The notes: generated by a model from the sequence alone, not told the origin. A stretch of 64,000 nt of DNA from an uncultured Bacteroidales bacterium (GCA_964431135.1 CAYSIN010000004.1:2445-66444); one strand, 5' to 3'; shown: positions 47,181 through 56,624, counted from the first letter of the stretch. A program made the numbers and translations.

Positions 47181-48116
47181 TTATTTTACTAGAATTTTAC
47201 CGGTAAATAATTTGCTTGTATTAAATAACTTATAAAAATAAACTCCTTTATTCAAATTCGAACCGAATAAAATAAACTTATTTGTTCTAATGTTGTCTTT
47301 TTCTAAAATTAGATTCCCAAGATTATCAAAAAGTTCAATTTTAAAGCATTCACTATATGGATTATGAAAAGTAAAATTAAAATAATCTCGTCCGGGGTTA
47401 GGATAAATATTAACCGGAGAATTGATTATTTTATCATTTACATTTCCTGTAACTTGATACCCGTTAAATAATATATGGTCAATTAGCCAACCTTCTTTAT
47501 TATTGTTGATAGAATCACTTTTAAAATAGAATCTAACAATTAATGAATCTTGTGGCCAATCTTTAGTAAGACCATTCCAAAACCAATAAATTTGAGAAAA
47601 AGTCCACTCATTATTGTAGCCGCTGAAAGCTGGAATATTTCCTTTTATTGTATCCGTTGAGGAATAAAAATTTGTTGGTATTGTCCAAATTGCGATAGAA
47701 TCATTTATTACGTTCTTCCAAATATTCCCTCCATCATATGAAACTGTAATATAACCTCCATCTAATAAAGAATCGGTATCATATTTATGCCAAAATCCCA
47801 ATATTCCTTCACCCCAGCCAAACCATCCGTATTGAGTGTCTTTGATAATAAGGTCAAAGTATGAATAATTATTGTTTGGATAATATCCAGTGTCAGTAAA
47901 TATTGCATTAGGATGAGAATAGGAGCTGTTGAAAAAGGTTTTTGAAGGAATTCCAACTTTCCAAATACTACCACTTTGAGATGTGTCAATACGTAGATTA
48001 GTACTATGGGGAGACTCAAAAGAAACTGTATCTGTAAATACTAATGGTCCCCATTGTCCATTTGCTATTGAACTTGTAAGAATTAGACCTAAAAGAAGTA
48101 AAACGTTATTTTTCAT
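47181..48116 (-). CDS. Secreted protein with a T9SS type A C-terminal sorting domain
   Basis: It has a signal peptide and a C-terminal Por_Secre_tail pattern (NIYPNPGRDYFNFTF ... KGVYFYKL ... GKILVK). The N-terminal domain is unrecognised. Confidence 0.8.
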   Translation of the reverse strand: MKNNVLLLLGLILTSSIANGQWGPLVFTDTVSFESPHSTNLRIDTSQSGSIWKVGIPSKTFFNSSYSHPNAIFTDTGYYPNNNYSYFDLIIKDTQYGWFGWGEGILGFWHKYDTDSLLDGGYITVSYDGGNIWKNVINDSIAIWTIPTNFYSSTDTIKGNIPAFSGYNNEWTFSQIYWFWNGLTKDWPQDSLIVRFYFKSDSINNNKEGWLIDHILFNGYQVTGNVNDKIINSPVNIYPNPGRDYFNFTFHNPYSECFKIELFDNLGNLILEKDNIRTNKFILFGSNLNKGVYFYKLFNTSKLFTGKILVK

Positions 48117-48136
48117 ACTATTTTTTGTTTAATAAA

Positions 48137-48294
48137 TTGCTGGTAACATCTATGTAAACTTACAATTACGTTTATATCTTCATTATCCATAGTGGAGTTG
48201 TTTTGATAAAATGCTGTTATGTGAGCAATATTGAATATGTGTCTTAAATAGTTCATTTTGTAACTCCTTATATAAATATACATGCACAAATATA
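48137..48294 (-). ncRNA. Conserved promoter plus ~150-nt 5' leader, copy A1 (candidate cis-regulatory RNA or uORF leader)
   Basis: It starts with a TATATTTG -7 box. It is about 91% identical to 56690-56847 in the opposite orientation. It lies directly upstream of the gene starting at 48116. Confidence 0.55.
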
Positions 48295-48404
48295 TATAAA
48301 AAATAATTCAAAACAAAACTATTTTGGGTTAAAAATTATTTTGAGGTGCTATTATTTTTTTTAAGACCTTTGTGTAAATTCAATTCATTTACATAGTCAT
48401 CCCT

Positions 48405-48491
48405 TAAAAAGTACATATTCTACCTCGTCCTCGTTTGCAACGAGGACGCACATTTTCATTCTTTTGTCAGCGGTTTGGTATAAGATTCCAA
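48405..48491 (+). repeat. Intergenic repeat copy: box 2 (AGTCATCCCTTAAAAA), hairpin CGTCCTCGTT-TGC-AACGAGGACG, and inverted box 1 (TTTTGTCAGCGGTTTGGTAT)
   Basis: The layout matches the 28.8, 38.8 and 56.6 kb copies. The stem sequence differs, but base pairing is preserved. Confidence 0.65.
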
Positions 48492-48498
48492 AAATTTA

Positions 48499-49347
48499 TT
48501 ACTGTAAACTGAACTTGTATGTAATGCTACCGCGCTGTATTTCAGGAGCATCCAATTTACGGTCAAATCTGGTTTTCATAGCGGCATCATACGCAACATC
48601 CAAATATTCTTTGGATAACAAAGTGGAACCTTTTACGCCGGGATTGGCTTTTACAACCACTCCGTTTTGGTCCACAAATATTTCAACTACGACTTTCCCT
48701 TGCAAGTTGCCCGGATAACTGGGTTTTGGAAAATGCTTTACCTGACGGTCTCCCAAACTGTATTGATTGCCATTCCCCGGTCCATTGCCTGTACCTGTTC
48801 CAGTGCCTCCATTACCCGGTGTATTTCCTGTACCGGGATTGCCGTAATGATTTTTGGCATTGGGGTCGCCAAATGGATTTCCCTGATCGCCGGGTTTTCC
48901 TGTTTCCCCTTCGCTTCCACCTTGACTCCCTTTGTACAAGGCATTGGGATTGACAACCGGTTCGCTCAATTGAATAATCTGATTATTTTTTTCAGCCGTC
49001 CATTTGCTTGTATCTTTATTATGATTACTTTTTACAGACTCAGCATCTTCGTAATTTTGTGTCAATACAGTGTTATTATTATTTTTCTGTATTTTATTGA
49101 CTTGTTCCAGTTGCTGCTTTTCGTTATTGGGAGTAGGATTGGGATTATAATAGTTTGGTTGAATATCGCCTGTGCCTTCCTGTGAAAAACCGAGATTAAC
49201 TTCCATACCTTGTCCGCCACCTTCAGGATAAGGAGGAATAGGTGTACGCAAAATGATAAGTAAAAACAATAATATCAGTATTGCATGAGTAAGAAGCGAA
49301 AGTAAGGCAGGAAGCCAGACGCTGGTATGTTCATTATTACTAACCAT
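48499..49347 (-). CDS. tonB: Energy transducer TonB family protein
   Basis: It has an N-terminal TM anchor, a G/N/P-rich linker and a C-terminal TonB domain (GKVVVEIFVDQNGVVVKA...). It lies downstream of exbB and exbD. Confidence 0.8.
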   Translation of the reverse strand: MVSNNEHTSVWLPALLSLLTHAILILLFLLIILRTPIPPYPEGGGQGMEVNLGFSQEGTGDIQPNYYNPNPTPNNEKQQLEQVNKIQKNNNNTVLTQNYEDAESVKSNHNKDTSKWTAEKNNQIIQLSEPVVNPNALYKGSQGGSEGETGKPGDQGNPFGDPNAKNHYGNPGTGNTPGNGGTGTGTGNGPGNGNQYSLGDRQVKHFPKPSYPGNLQGKVVVEIFVDQNGVVVKANPGVKGSTLLSKEYLDVAYDAAMKTRFDRKLDAPEIQRGSITYKFSLQ

Positions 49348-49350
49348 GAA

Positions 49351-49755
49351 CTAATTATTGACATGTTTGGTTGCCAATACCATTTTTATTTGCATCTTTG
49401 TTCCGATTTGCAAAACATCTACTAAATCCTGAACCGACAAACTGCTATCGAAACGCAAAATAATAGTAGGGCTTGGAATATTTGCTATTGCTTTTTTGAT
49501 TTCTGCTTCCAAATTTTCTAAGGGCACCTGTACATTGTTCAGATAATAGTTTTTATTTTTATCTACCGATAGTGTAACTTGCATTTTGCTTACGGTTGTA
49601 GAGGCGCTGGCTTTTGGGAGCAATAATTTTATTACCGATGGATTTACTAGCGTAGATACAATTAAAAAGAACAGCAGAAGAAAAAACATAATATCATTCA
49701 GCGAACTGGTATAAACTTCTACCTGAAATGATGAACGTCTGTCTTTTAAATTCAT
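49351..49755 (-). CDS. exbD: Biopolymer transport protein ExbD/TolR
   Basis: The protein is 134 aa with an N-terminal TM segment (LNDIMFFLLLFFLIV) and a periplasmic domain. Confidence 0.88.
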   Translation of the reverse strand: MNLKDRRSSFQVEVYTSSLNDIMFFLLLFFLIVSTLVNPSVIKLLLPKASASTTVSKMQVTLSVDKNKNYYLNNVQVPLENLEAEIKKAIANIPSPTIILRFDSSLSVQDLVDVLQIGTKMQIKMVLATKHVNN

Positions 49756-49757
49756 AG

Positions 49758-50495
49758 TTATGCTTCTTTTTGAATGGTTTCAAGAAATTCCATAGCGTTA
49801 GTTTCCATGGTGATGGTAACTTTATCAATCAGCATATTGATATAATGATAGCCAATGTATGCTAACACGCCAATAGTAAGCCCGGAAGCACTGGTAATCA
49901 TTTTTTCATACAGCCCGCTTGAAATTAGTCCTATGCTGATATTATCTGCCAAAGAAATATTATAAAATATTTTGATTACCCCCATAATGGTTCCGATAAA
50001 GCCGAGCATGGGAGCAATGCTGGCAATAATTCCCAATATTCTCAAATTTCGGTCGAGTTTTGACAATTCCGTTTTTCCCACCGATTCCATGCTTTTTTCA
50101 ATTTCAGATACGGGCTTTCCTATTTTGCTCAGCCCTTTTTCAATCATTTTGGATGAAGGAGTATTGATAGATTCACAATACGTTTTGGCATTATCAAACT
50201 TCATTTCTACCGTATATTCTTTTATACGCTGCATAAAATCCTTGTCTTTTTTTCTGACTTTTAACACGGCTATCAGCCTGTCAATAAAAACATATACACC
50301 AATAAGTGATAAAAGAACAATAGGAATCATAATCCAACCGCCCTTTACTAACAAGTCGAAAAGAGATAACGAATCGACATTGAGCGAAGGTGCTGGTGCT
50401 GGAGTTGTTGTTGGAATTTGCGATACGGCATTGGCTACCGAATCTTGTACCGCACCCGGCGTTGTAATAATTTGTAATAATGTCATACCTTTCAA
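49758..50495 (-). CDS. exbB: MotA/TolQ/ExbB proton channel family protein
   Basis: It has three TM segments and a conserved C-terminal channel region (IASIAPMLGFIGTIMGVIKIF). Confidence 0.88.
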   Translation of the reverse strand: MKGMTLLQIITTPGAVQDSVANAVSQIPTTTPAPAPSLNVDSLSLFDLLVKGGWIMIPIVLLSLIGVYVFIDRLIAVLKVRKKDKDFMQRIKEYTVEMKFDNAKTYCESINTPSSKMIEKGLSKIGKPVSEIEKSMESVGKTELSKLDRNLRILGIIASIAPMLGFIGTIMGVIKIFYNISLADNISIGLISSGLYEKMITSASGLTIGVLAYIGYHYINMLIDKVTITMETNAMEFLETIQKEA

Positions 50496-50602
50496 AATTT
50501 AATTAAATAAACGCACTAAGATACATATCAAGAATTAACGTAAATTTATTGAAAAATATTATTTATTAACATTTAATTGTTAACGAAGAAAGTAAACCTG
50601 CC

Positions 50603-51640
50603 TTATGCTTTTTTCATTTCGTCTATTTGCTTTCTTAGTTCTTGCAATTGTTCGATAATTTCTGGCAAATGTTTAAAATGAATATACGATTTTTGATAAT
50701 TTTTCAAATTAAAAGCGGGTGAGCCTTGAATAGTTTCTCCCACTTGGGTTATACTTGTTCCAATGCCCGATTGTGCAGCAATTTTTACTTCTTCCGCAAT
50801 AGTCAAATGTCCAGCAATACCTACCTGACCGCCTATCATACAATTTTTCCCTAATTTGGTAGAACCTGAAATACCTGTTTGAGCTGCTATTACTGTGTTT
50901 TCATCTATTTCAACATTATGGGCAATTTGAATAAGATTATCTATTTTTACCCCTTTATGAATAAGCGTGCTCCCCATGGTGGCTCTATCTATGCATGTAT
51001 TGGCACCTATTTCTACATCCTCTTCTATAACCACGTTGCCTATTTGGGGTATTTTTTTGTACGATTGAGCATCGGCAGCAAAACCAAAACCATCGGCACC
51101 TATTACCGTATTGGAATGAATAATACAACGATTTCCAACAACGCAATCTTTATAAATTCTAACACCAGAATAAATAATAGTATCTTCGCCTATGGTTACA
51201 TTTTCACCTAAAAAAACATTGGGATAAATTTTGGTGTTACTTCCAATTTTTACATTTTTGGAAATATAGGCAAAGGCTCCGACATAGACACTTCTACCAA
51301 ACGAAACATTGTTATTAATATAATTTGGATATTCTATGCCAGCAGGATGATGATTTTCTTCCTTATTGCACAATTCCAATAATTGAGCAAACGATTTATA
51401 GGCGTTTTCTACTTTTATAAGTGTGGCATCAATAGGTTTAGAAGTTTGAAAATCTTTATTTACCAATACTATGCTTGACTGGGTGGTATAAATATATTTT
51501 TCGTACAGCAAGTTTGCCATAAATGAAATACATCCCGGTTTCCCATCTTCTATTTTGGCTACTCCGTTCACTTCTATTTTTTCATTGCCAATAACTTCAC
51601 CATGGAAGAGTTCTGCTATTTCCTTTGCGGTCAATTTCAT
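50603..51640 (-). CDS. lpxD: UDP-3-O-acylglucosamine N-acyltransferase
   Basis: The protein is 345 aa with left-handed beta-helix hexapeptide repeats. LpxD N- and C-terminal patterns are present ([11 protein letters not shown]..., [10 protein letters not shown]). Confidence 0.92.
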   Translation of the reverse strand: MKLTAKEIAELFHGEVIGNEKIEVNGVAKIEDGKPGCISFMANLLYEKYIYTTQSSIVLVNKDFQTSKPIDATLIKVENAYKSFAQLLELCNKEENHHPAGIEYPNYINNNVSFGRSVYVGAFAYISKNVKIGSNTKIYPNVFLGENVTIGEDTIIYSGVRIYKDCVVGNRCIIHSNTVIGADGFGFAADAQSYKKIPQIGNVVIEEDVEIGANTCIDRATMGSTLIHKGVKIDNLIQIAHNVEIDENTVIAAQTGISGSTKLGKNCMIGGQVGIAGHLTIAEEVKIAAQSGIGTSITQVGETIQGSPAFNLKNYQKSYIHFKHLPEIIEQLQELRKQIDEMKKA

Positions 51641-51688
51641 AGATTTTTTTTACAAAAATACAACATAAATTTGAATCATCAAACCATT

Positions 51689-52924
51689 TTATGAACGTAT
51701 GGCTTCCTGCATAAAACAGATAAAATACTTTATTACGTTTTTAGATATAACTTCCGTATTTAAAATATCCGACGCTTCAGAAATATCAAGTATGCGACCA
51801 TCTTTATACAAAATATTTATTTTATCGTCGGTAATGCTGTATGCATGATTTTCGGCTGAGTCGGAAAAAACCAAAAATGATGCATCAAAGGCAGAAAGGT
51901 GAAATTTTTTCATGGTTTTGTTTCGATAATCTTCCAACTTGCTGGTTGGAATAGGTGTCCGTTGCATTTCTATTTTGAACAATTTGCGTTGAATAAAATT
52001 TTGCGATAAAAAGGATAAAATAAAATCGGTATGTTGTGCCCATTGCTTTATCCATACCCATATTTCCGAATCGTCGAGTTGTGAAAATAATTGAATGAGT
52101 TCTATATTTTCGTTCAACTCTTTTGCCGAAATTGGATTGTTCCAAAATCTGTTCAACGTATCGGGAAGAATAAGTTGTTTATTTTTATATAAAAAGTGTA
52201 CTCGTTTAAATATAGAAATCAGCATTTGTTCCGCTGCCAATACGGTTTTATGAAGATATACCTGCCAATACATCAGCCTGCGGGCTATTAAGAATTTTTC
52301 AATAGAATATATTCCTTTTTCTTCAACGGCAAGACTGTCTTTGGCGATTGTTAGCATTTTTATAATACGTTCGGTACCGATAACACCTTCGGAAACGCCC
52401 GTAAAAAAACTGTCTCGCTTTAAATAATCCAATCTGTCCATATCTAATTGGCTTGATATGAGTTGATGTAAAAAATGTTTGGAATAACGATTATTCATAA
52501 TGTCTATGGCTAAACGAAGTTCGCCATCGAACAAATTATTAAAATGGTGCATATAGGCAAGTGTTATTTGCTCATGACTAATGTGTGGCAAAATAATCTT
52601 TTCCAAGGTATGCGAAAAGGGACCATGACCTATATCGTGTAGCAGTACTGCTAAACTAACGGCTTCCGATTCAATAGGGGTGATTTCATTTTTCTTTGTG
52701 ATAAGAACATCTATGGCTTGCTGTGCCAGATAATAAGCACCAAGTGAATGTTGAAACCGAGTATGTACCGCCCCCGGATATATAAAATATGCTACCCCCA
52801 ATTGTTTTATGTTTCGCAATCGTTGAAACCACGGATGTTCTACTATCTGCAACCCAAGTCCTAATGGCAATTGAATAAATCCCAACACCGGGTCATTCAC
52901 TATTTTTATTTTTTTCTCCATCAT
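51689..52924 (-). CDS. HD-domain phosphohydrolase (dNTP triphosphohydrolase/SAMHD1-like)
   Basis: HD motifs are present (HTRFQHSLG, LLHDIGHGPFSH, DMDRLDYLKRD). Confidence 0.85.
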   Translation of the reverse strand: MMEKKIKIVNDPVLGFIQLPLGLGLQIVEHPWFQRLRNIKQLGVAYFIYPGAVHTRFQHSLGAYYLAQQAIDVLITKKNEITPIESEAVSLAVLLHDIGHGPFSHTLEKIILPHISHEQITLAYMHHFNNLFDGELRLAIDIMNNRYSKHFLHQLISSQLDMDRLDYLKRDSFFTGVSEGVIGTERIIKMLTIAKDSLAVEEKGIYSIEKFLIARRLMYWQVYLHKTVLAAEQMLISIFKRVHFLYKNKQLILPDTLNRFWNNPISAKELNENIELIQLFSQLDDSEIWVWIKQWAQHTDFILSFLSQNFIQRKLFKIEMQRTPIPTSKLEDYRNKTMKKFHLSAFDASFLVFSDSAENHAYSITDDKINILYKDGRILDISEASDILNTEVISKNVIKYFICFMQEAIRS

Positions 52925-53051
52925 TTTTTATGAAAATTTTATACAAAGGTTATAGTTTTTATTCAAATAATAATCAATTGTTGAAACAAAAAAAAGAATA
53001 ACACCGTATAATCCAACAAGAAAAATGCTTAACTCTTAAAAAATAAAAATT

Positions 53052-53258
53052 ATGATGTTAGATTTTTCCAAAATGATTTTAAGTAAAGTAAGTTTCGACC
53101 CACTGCTCTTCCATAAGGAACTGAGAAAACTAATTTTATGGATTGGCGACGACCTTGACGAAATTAACTGCCTGCATGAATGGTGTGAAGAAAATTATGG
53201 CGAACTTTATGGCGAAATTATTGCAGAGGAGTTTAAAGATTATGGTCGTTACGACTAA
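53052..53258 (+). CDS. Small hypothetical protein (68 aa)
   Basis: The ORF is followed by a strong terminator. I recognised no family. Confidence 0.45.
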   Translation: MMLDFSKMILSKVSFDPLLFHKELRKLILWIGDDLDEINCLHEWCEENYGELYGEIIAEEFKDYGRYD

Positions 53259-53304
53259 CAACAGTTATAGCATGGGTTGATTTACCTACTTTAAAAAACT
53301 TGGC

Positions 53305-53336
53305 AAAGGGCACAATCAAATTGTGCCCTTTTTTTT
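53305..53336 (+). terminator. Rho-independent terminator
   Basis: The hairpin AAAGGGCACAAT-CAA-ATTGTGCCCTTT runs into a T-run. Confidence 0.8.
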
Positions 53337-53391
53337 GCCACAAAAAAGAGATACCCACTCATAATAAACAGCCACTATAATTTATTTTTTG

Positions 53392-53399
53392 TAATTTTG
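53392..53399 (+). promoter_or_regulatory. Candidate -7 promoter box (TAATTTTG) for hutU
   Basis: It matches TAnnTTTG 16 nt upstream of the ATG at 53415. Confidence 0.35.
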
Positions 53400-53414
53400 C
53401 TTCAAAAAAAAGTT

Positions 53415-55427
53415 ATGACTACCAAAGAAGAATTTCAGCGTTTGATAATTCAGGGCATACCCGACGAATTGCCCAATCCAAAACCTTATGATACAACAGT
53501 CAATCATGCTCCCAAAAGAAAAGATGTTCTTTCCAAAGAAGAAAAAAAACTGGCATTAAAAAATGCGTTGCGTTATTTTCCACCTAAACATCACGCTGTG
53601 CTGGCACCCGAATTTTTGAATGAATTGAATACTTACGGAAGAATATACATGTATCGTTTTCGTCCCGATTACGAAATATATGCACGCCCCATAGATGAAT
53701 ATCCGTGCCATTCCAAGCAGGCTGCATCTATTATGTTGATGATACAAAACAATTTGAACAAGGCTGTAGCCCAGCATCCTCACGAATTGATTATATACGG
53801 TGGCAATGGCTCCATATTTCAGAATTGGGCACAATACTTGCTTACCATGAAATATTTAAGTGAAGTTACCGACGAGCAAACACTGGTCATGTATTCCGGT
53901 CATCCACTGGGCATATTTCCATCCAAAAAAGACGCCCCCCGCATGGTTGTTACCAATGGCATGGTTATTCCAAATTATTCATCCAAAGACCTATATGAAA
54001 AATTTAATGCCATGGGTGTATCTCAATATGGGCAAATGACGGCTGGTTCGTATATGTATATTGGTCCACAGGGTATTGTTCACGGCACTACTATAACTAT
54101 ACTGAATGCCGGTAGAATTATCAATCCTTCGAGTCAAGACCTTCGTGGAAAATTATTTGTATCGAGTGGATTGGGTGGCATGTCGGGAGCACAAGCCAAA
54201 GCAGCAGTGATTGCCGGAGCAGTGGGCGTTATTGCCGAAATAAACCCCAAGGCTATCCATACACGTCATTCGCAAGGCTGGGTAGAAGAAGTGATAGATA
54301 ACCTTGATGAATTGATGAGTCGCATTCGTCAGGCAAAAAAAGAACAAAAACCTGTATCTATAGCCTATCAGGGTAATATTGTTGACTTGTGGGAACGATT
54401 AGCAAAAGAAGATATTCCCGTTGAACTTGGCAGCGACCAGACTTCATTGCACAATCCGTTTGCCGGTGGCTATTATCCCGTTGGAATATCGTTTGATGAA
54501 GCCAATGTGATGATGGCAAAAGAACCCGACCGCTTTAAGGAAATGGTTTATGCATCGTTGCGACGTCAAATTGGTGCTATAAATACTTTATGTCAGCGTG
54601 GCATGTATTTCTTTGATTACGGAAATGCCTTTTTACTCGAATCAAGCCGTGCCAAAGCCGATGTATTGAAGCCCGATGGCTCGTTTAAATATCCATCGTA
54701 TGTGCAGGACATTATGGGCCCCTTGTATTTTGATTATGGCTTTGGTCCTTTTCGCTGGGTTTGTACGTCGTGCAACCCCGATGATTTGGACATTACAGAC
54801 CGCATAGCCTGTGAGGTGCTTCAAAAAATTATAACACACGCTCCTGACGAAATAAAACAGCAATTGCTGGACAATTTGAAATGGATACAGGATGCCAAAA
54901 AGAATAAACTGGTAGTAGGCAGTCAGGCGCGTATTCTTTATGCCGATGCCGAAGGTCGCAGGGAAATAGCCCTTGCCTTTAACGAAGCCATTCGCAAAGG
55001 GAAACTATCTGCTCCGGTGGTGTTAGGTCGCGACCATCACGATGTGTCGGGTACTGATTCTCCTTTTCGTGAAACGTCCAATATTTACGACGGTTCGCAA
55101 TTTACTGCCGATATGGCGGTGCAAAATGTTATCGGCGATGCGTTTCGCGGTGCAACTTGGGTTTCACTTCACAACGGCGGCGGCGTAGGATGGGGCGAAG
55201 TTATCAACGGTGGATTTGGTATGGTGATTGATGGCTCTGCCGAATCTGAAAATAAGATTAATTCCATGCTTCCATGGGATGTAAACAATGGACTTACGCG
55301 ACGCAGTTGGGCTCGTAACAAAGGTGCCATTTTCTCAATAAACAGGGCTATGGAAAAAGAACCACGGTTAAAAGTTACGTTACCCTATTTTGCCGATGAT
55401 TCGTTAATTAATAACGTCTTATCGTGA
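53415..55427 (+). CDS. hutU: Urocanate hydratase
   Basis: The protein is ~670 aa with urocanase patterns throughout (GGNGSIFQNWAQY, GGMSGAQAKAAVIAG, GRDHHDVSGTDSPFRETSN). Confidence 0.95.
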   Translation: MTTKEEFQRLIIQGIPDELPNPKPYDTTVNHAPKRKDVLSKEEKKLALKNALRYFPPKHHAVLAPEFLNELNTYGRIYMYRFRPDYEIYARPIDEYPCHSKQAASIMLMIQNNLNKAVAQHPHELIIYGGNGSIFQNWAQYLLTMKYLSEVTDEQTLVMYSGHPLGIFPSKKDAPRMVVTNGMVIPNYSSKDLYEKFNAMGVSQYGQMTAGSYMYIGPQGIVHGTTITILNAGRIINPSSQDLRGKLFVSSGLGGMSGAQAKAAVIAGAVGVIAEINPKAIHTRHSQGWVEEVIDNLDELMSRIRQAKKEQKPVSIAYQGNIVDLWERLAKEDIPVELGSDQTSLHNPFAGGYYPVGISFDEANVMMAKEPDRFKEMVYASLRRQIGAINTLCQRGMYFFDYGNAFLLESSRAKADVLKPDGSFKYPSYVQDIMGPLYFDYGFGPFRWVCTSCNPDDLDITDRIACEVLQKIITHAPDEIKQQLLDNLKWIQDAKKNKLVVGSQARILYADAEGRREIALAFNEAIRKGKLSAPVVLGRDHHDVSGTDSPFRETSNIYDGSQFTADMAVQNVIGDAFRGATWVSLHNGGGVGWGEVINGGFGMVIDGSAESENKINSMLPWDVNNGLTRRSWARNKGAIFSINRAMEKEPRLKVTLPYFADDSLINNVLS

Positions 55428-56431
55428 TAAAGCGTTGTTTTCTTTTTTTTATTGTCATTACTTTTATTACGTCTGCTTGCCAAAGAACACGCCCGGTATT
55501 TGTTTCTATAACAGGATATACACAGGGAGGCAGTTTTCATATTAAATACCAGCCCAATACCGATTCTGTTTCATCCGAAGAAATATATCAACTGCTGAAC
55601 GATATTTCGCATTCGCTTTCTATTTATGATACAAACTCTATTATCTGTCATATCAACCGAAACGATACGCTTGTAAAGTTAGACCGTTATTTTTGTGAAA
55701 TTTTTCAGAAAGCCTATCATATATATCAGCAAACAGACGGATTATTTGATATAACCGTGGCACCGCTTGTTAAGCATTGGGGCTTTATACCCAAAGACAG
55801 CATTGTTGACCAATACAAGCCCACAGACAGTTTGCTTGACCTAATCGGTATGAACAAAATTCGTATGGAAAATAACCGGTTAATAAAGAAAAATAAAAAT
55901 ATGCAGATAGATGTCAATGCTATTGCACAGGGTTATACGGTGGACAAACTTGCCCTGCTTTTGGAATCAAAAGGAATAAAAAATTATATGATAGAAGTTG
56001 GTGGCGAAGTTCGCGTTAATGGCGTAAATGATAAAGGTGAGCCATGGAACGTAGGCATAGACAAACCCATAGAACAGAGCGACGAAACAAACCGAGAATT
56101 GCAAACCATCGTGAGCATTACCAATACATCGCTGGCTACCAGCGGCAATTATCGCAAGTTTATTGAAATAAATGGCGTTAAATATTCACATATTATCAAT
56201 CCAAAAACAGGAATGCCTGTACACCAGCGATTGTTGAGCGTTACCGTTGTAATGCCCTCTTGTACGGATGCCGATGCGCTGGCTACGGCTATTATGGTGA
56301 TGGGGCTTGAAAAAGGAAAATCGTTTGTATTGCAGCATTCGTCGCTGGATGCGTATTTTATTTATTCGGACGAAAAAGGCAACCTGCAAACATGGATGAC
56401 CAAAGGATTAGAAAAAAATTGCACTGAATAA
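55424..56431 (+). CDS. apbE: FAD:protein FMN transferase (ApbE family lipoprotein)
   Basis: It has a lipobox (ITSAC) and ApbE motifs (FDITVAPLV, NAIAQGYTVD, TSGNYRKF, HIINPKTG, DADALATA). Its GTG start overlaps the hutU stop (GTGA). Confidence 0.9.
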   Translation: MIKRCFLFFIVITFITSACQRTRPVFVSITGYTQGGSFHIKYQPNTDSVSSEEIYQLLNDISHSLSIYDTNSIICHINRNDTLVKLDRYFCEIFQKAYHIYQQTDGLFDITVAPLVKHWGFIPKDSIVDQYKPTDSLLDLIGMNKIRMENNRLIKKNKNMQIDVNAIAQGYTVDKLALLLESKGIKNYMIEVGGEVRVNGVNDKGEPWNVGIDKPIEQSDETNRELQTIVSITNTSLATSGNYRKFIEINGVKYSHIINPKTGMPVHQRLLSVTVVMPSCTDADALATAIMVMGLEKGKSFVLQHSSLDAYFIYSDEKGNLQTWMTKGLEKNCTE

Positions 56432-56516
56432 AAGATGTACAACTTTTTTACGCTATAAAACGGATGTTCACACTAATAGAATATTGATAAAACGCCGAAA
56501 GTGATTGATAATGTTC

Positions 56517-56624
56517 ATACCGACTTGCTAACAAGATAATTAAAACCATTCGCTTCGCTTTTTTTAGTCTGTCGGCATTAACCAAAACACGCAAATCCAG
56601 ACCATCTCGTCAATTATGACGAGA
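56517..56624 (+). repeat. Intergenic repeat copy: box 1 (ATACCGACTTGCTAACAA), a box 2-like AGTCTGTC segment, and hairpin TCTCGTCA-ATTA-TGACGAGA
   Basis: It belongs to the same family as 38776-38852. An inverted half-box (CGGTTTGGT) follows at about 56633-56641. Confidence 0.65.

Noticed and set aside
46950-47192. This 80-aa ORF and the 71-aa ORF at 57518-57733 share the peptide FLSFHNxLLSILVL..FLHLAVT, which suggested a conserved small membrane protein.
   Set aside because: Similarity is confined to the ~100-nt core. A 1-nt indel shifts the frame immediately upstream of the shared peptide. The starts (one GTG) and C-termini are unrelated, so a conserved non-coding element fits better.
48667-50502. 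Two antisense ORFs of 172 aa and 176 aa lie opposite tonB and exbB.
   Set aside because: They lie entirely within confident TonB and ExbB coding regions and have no independent signals.
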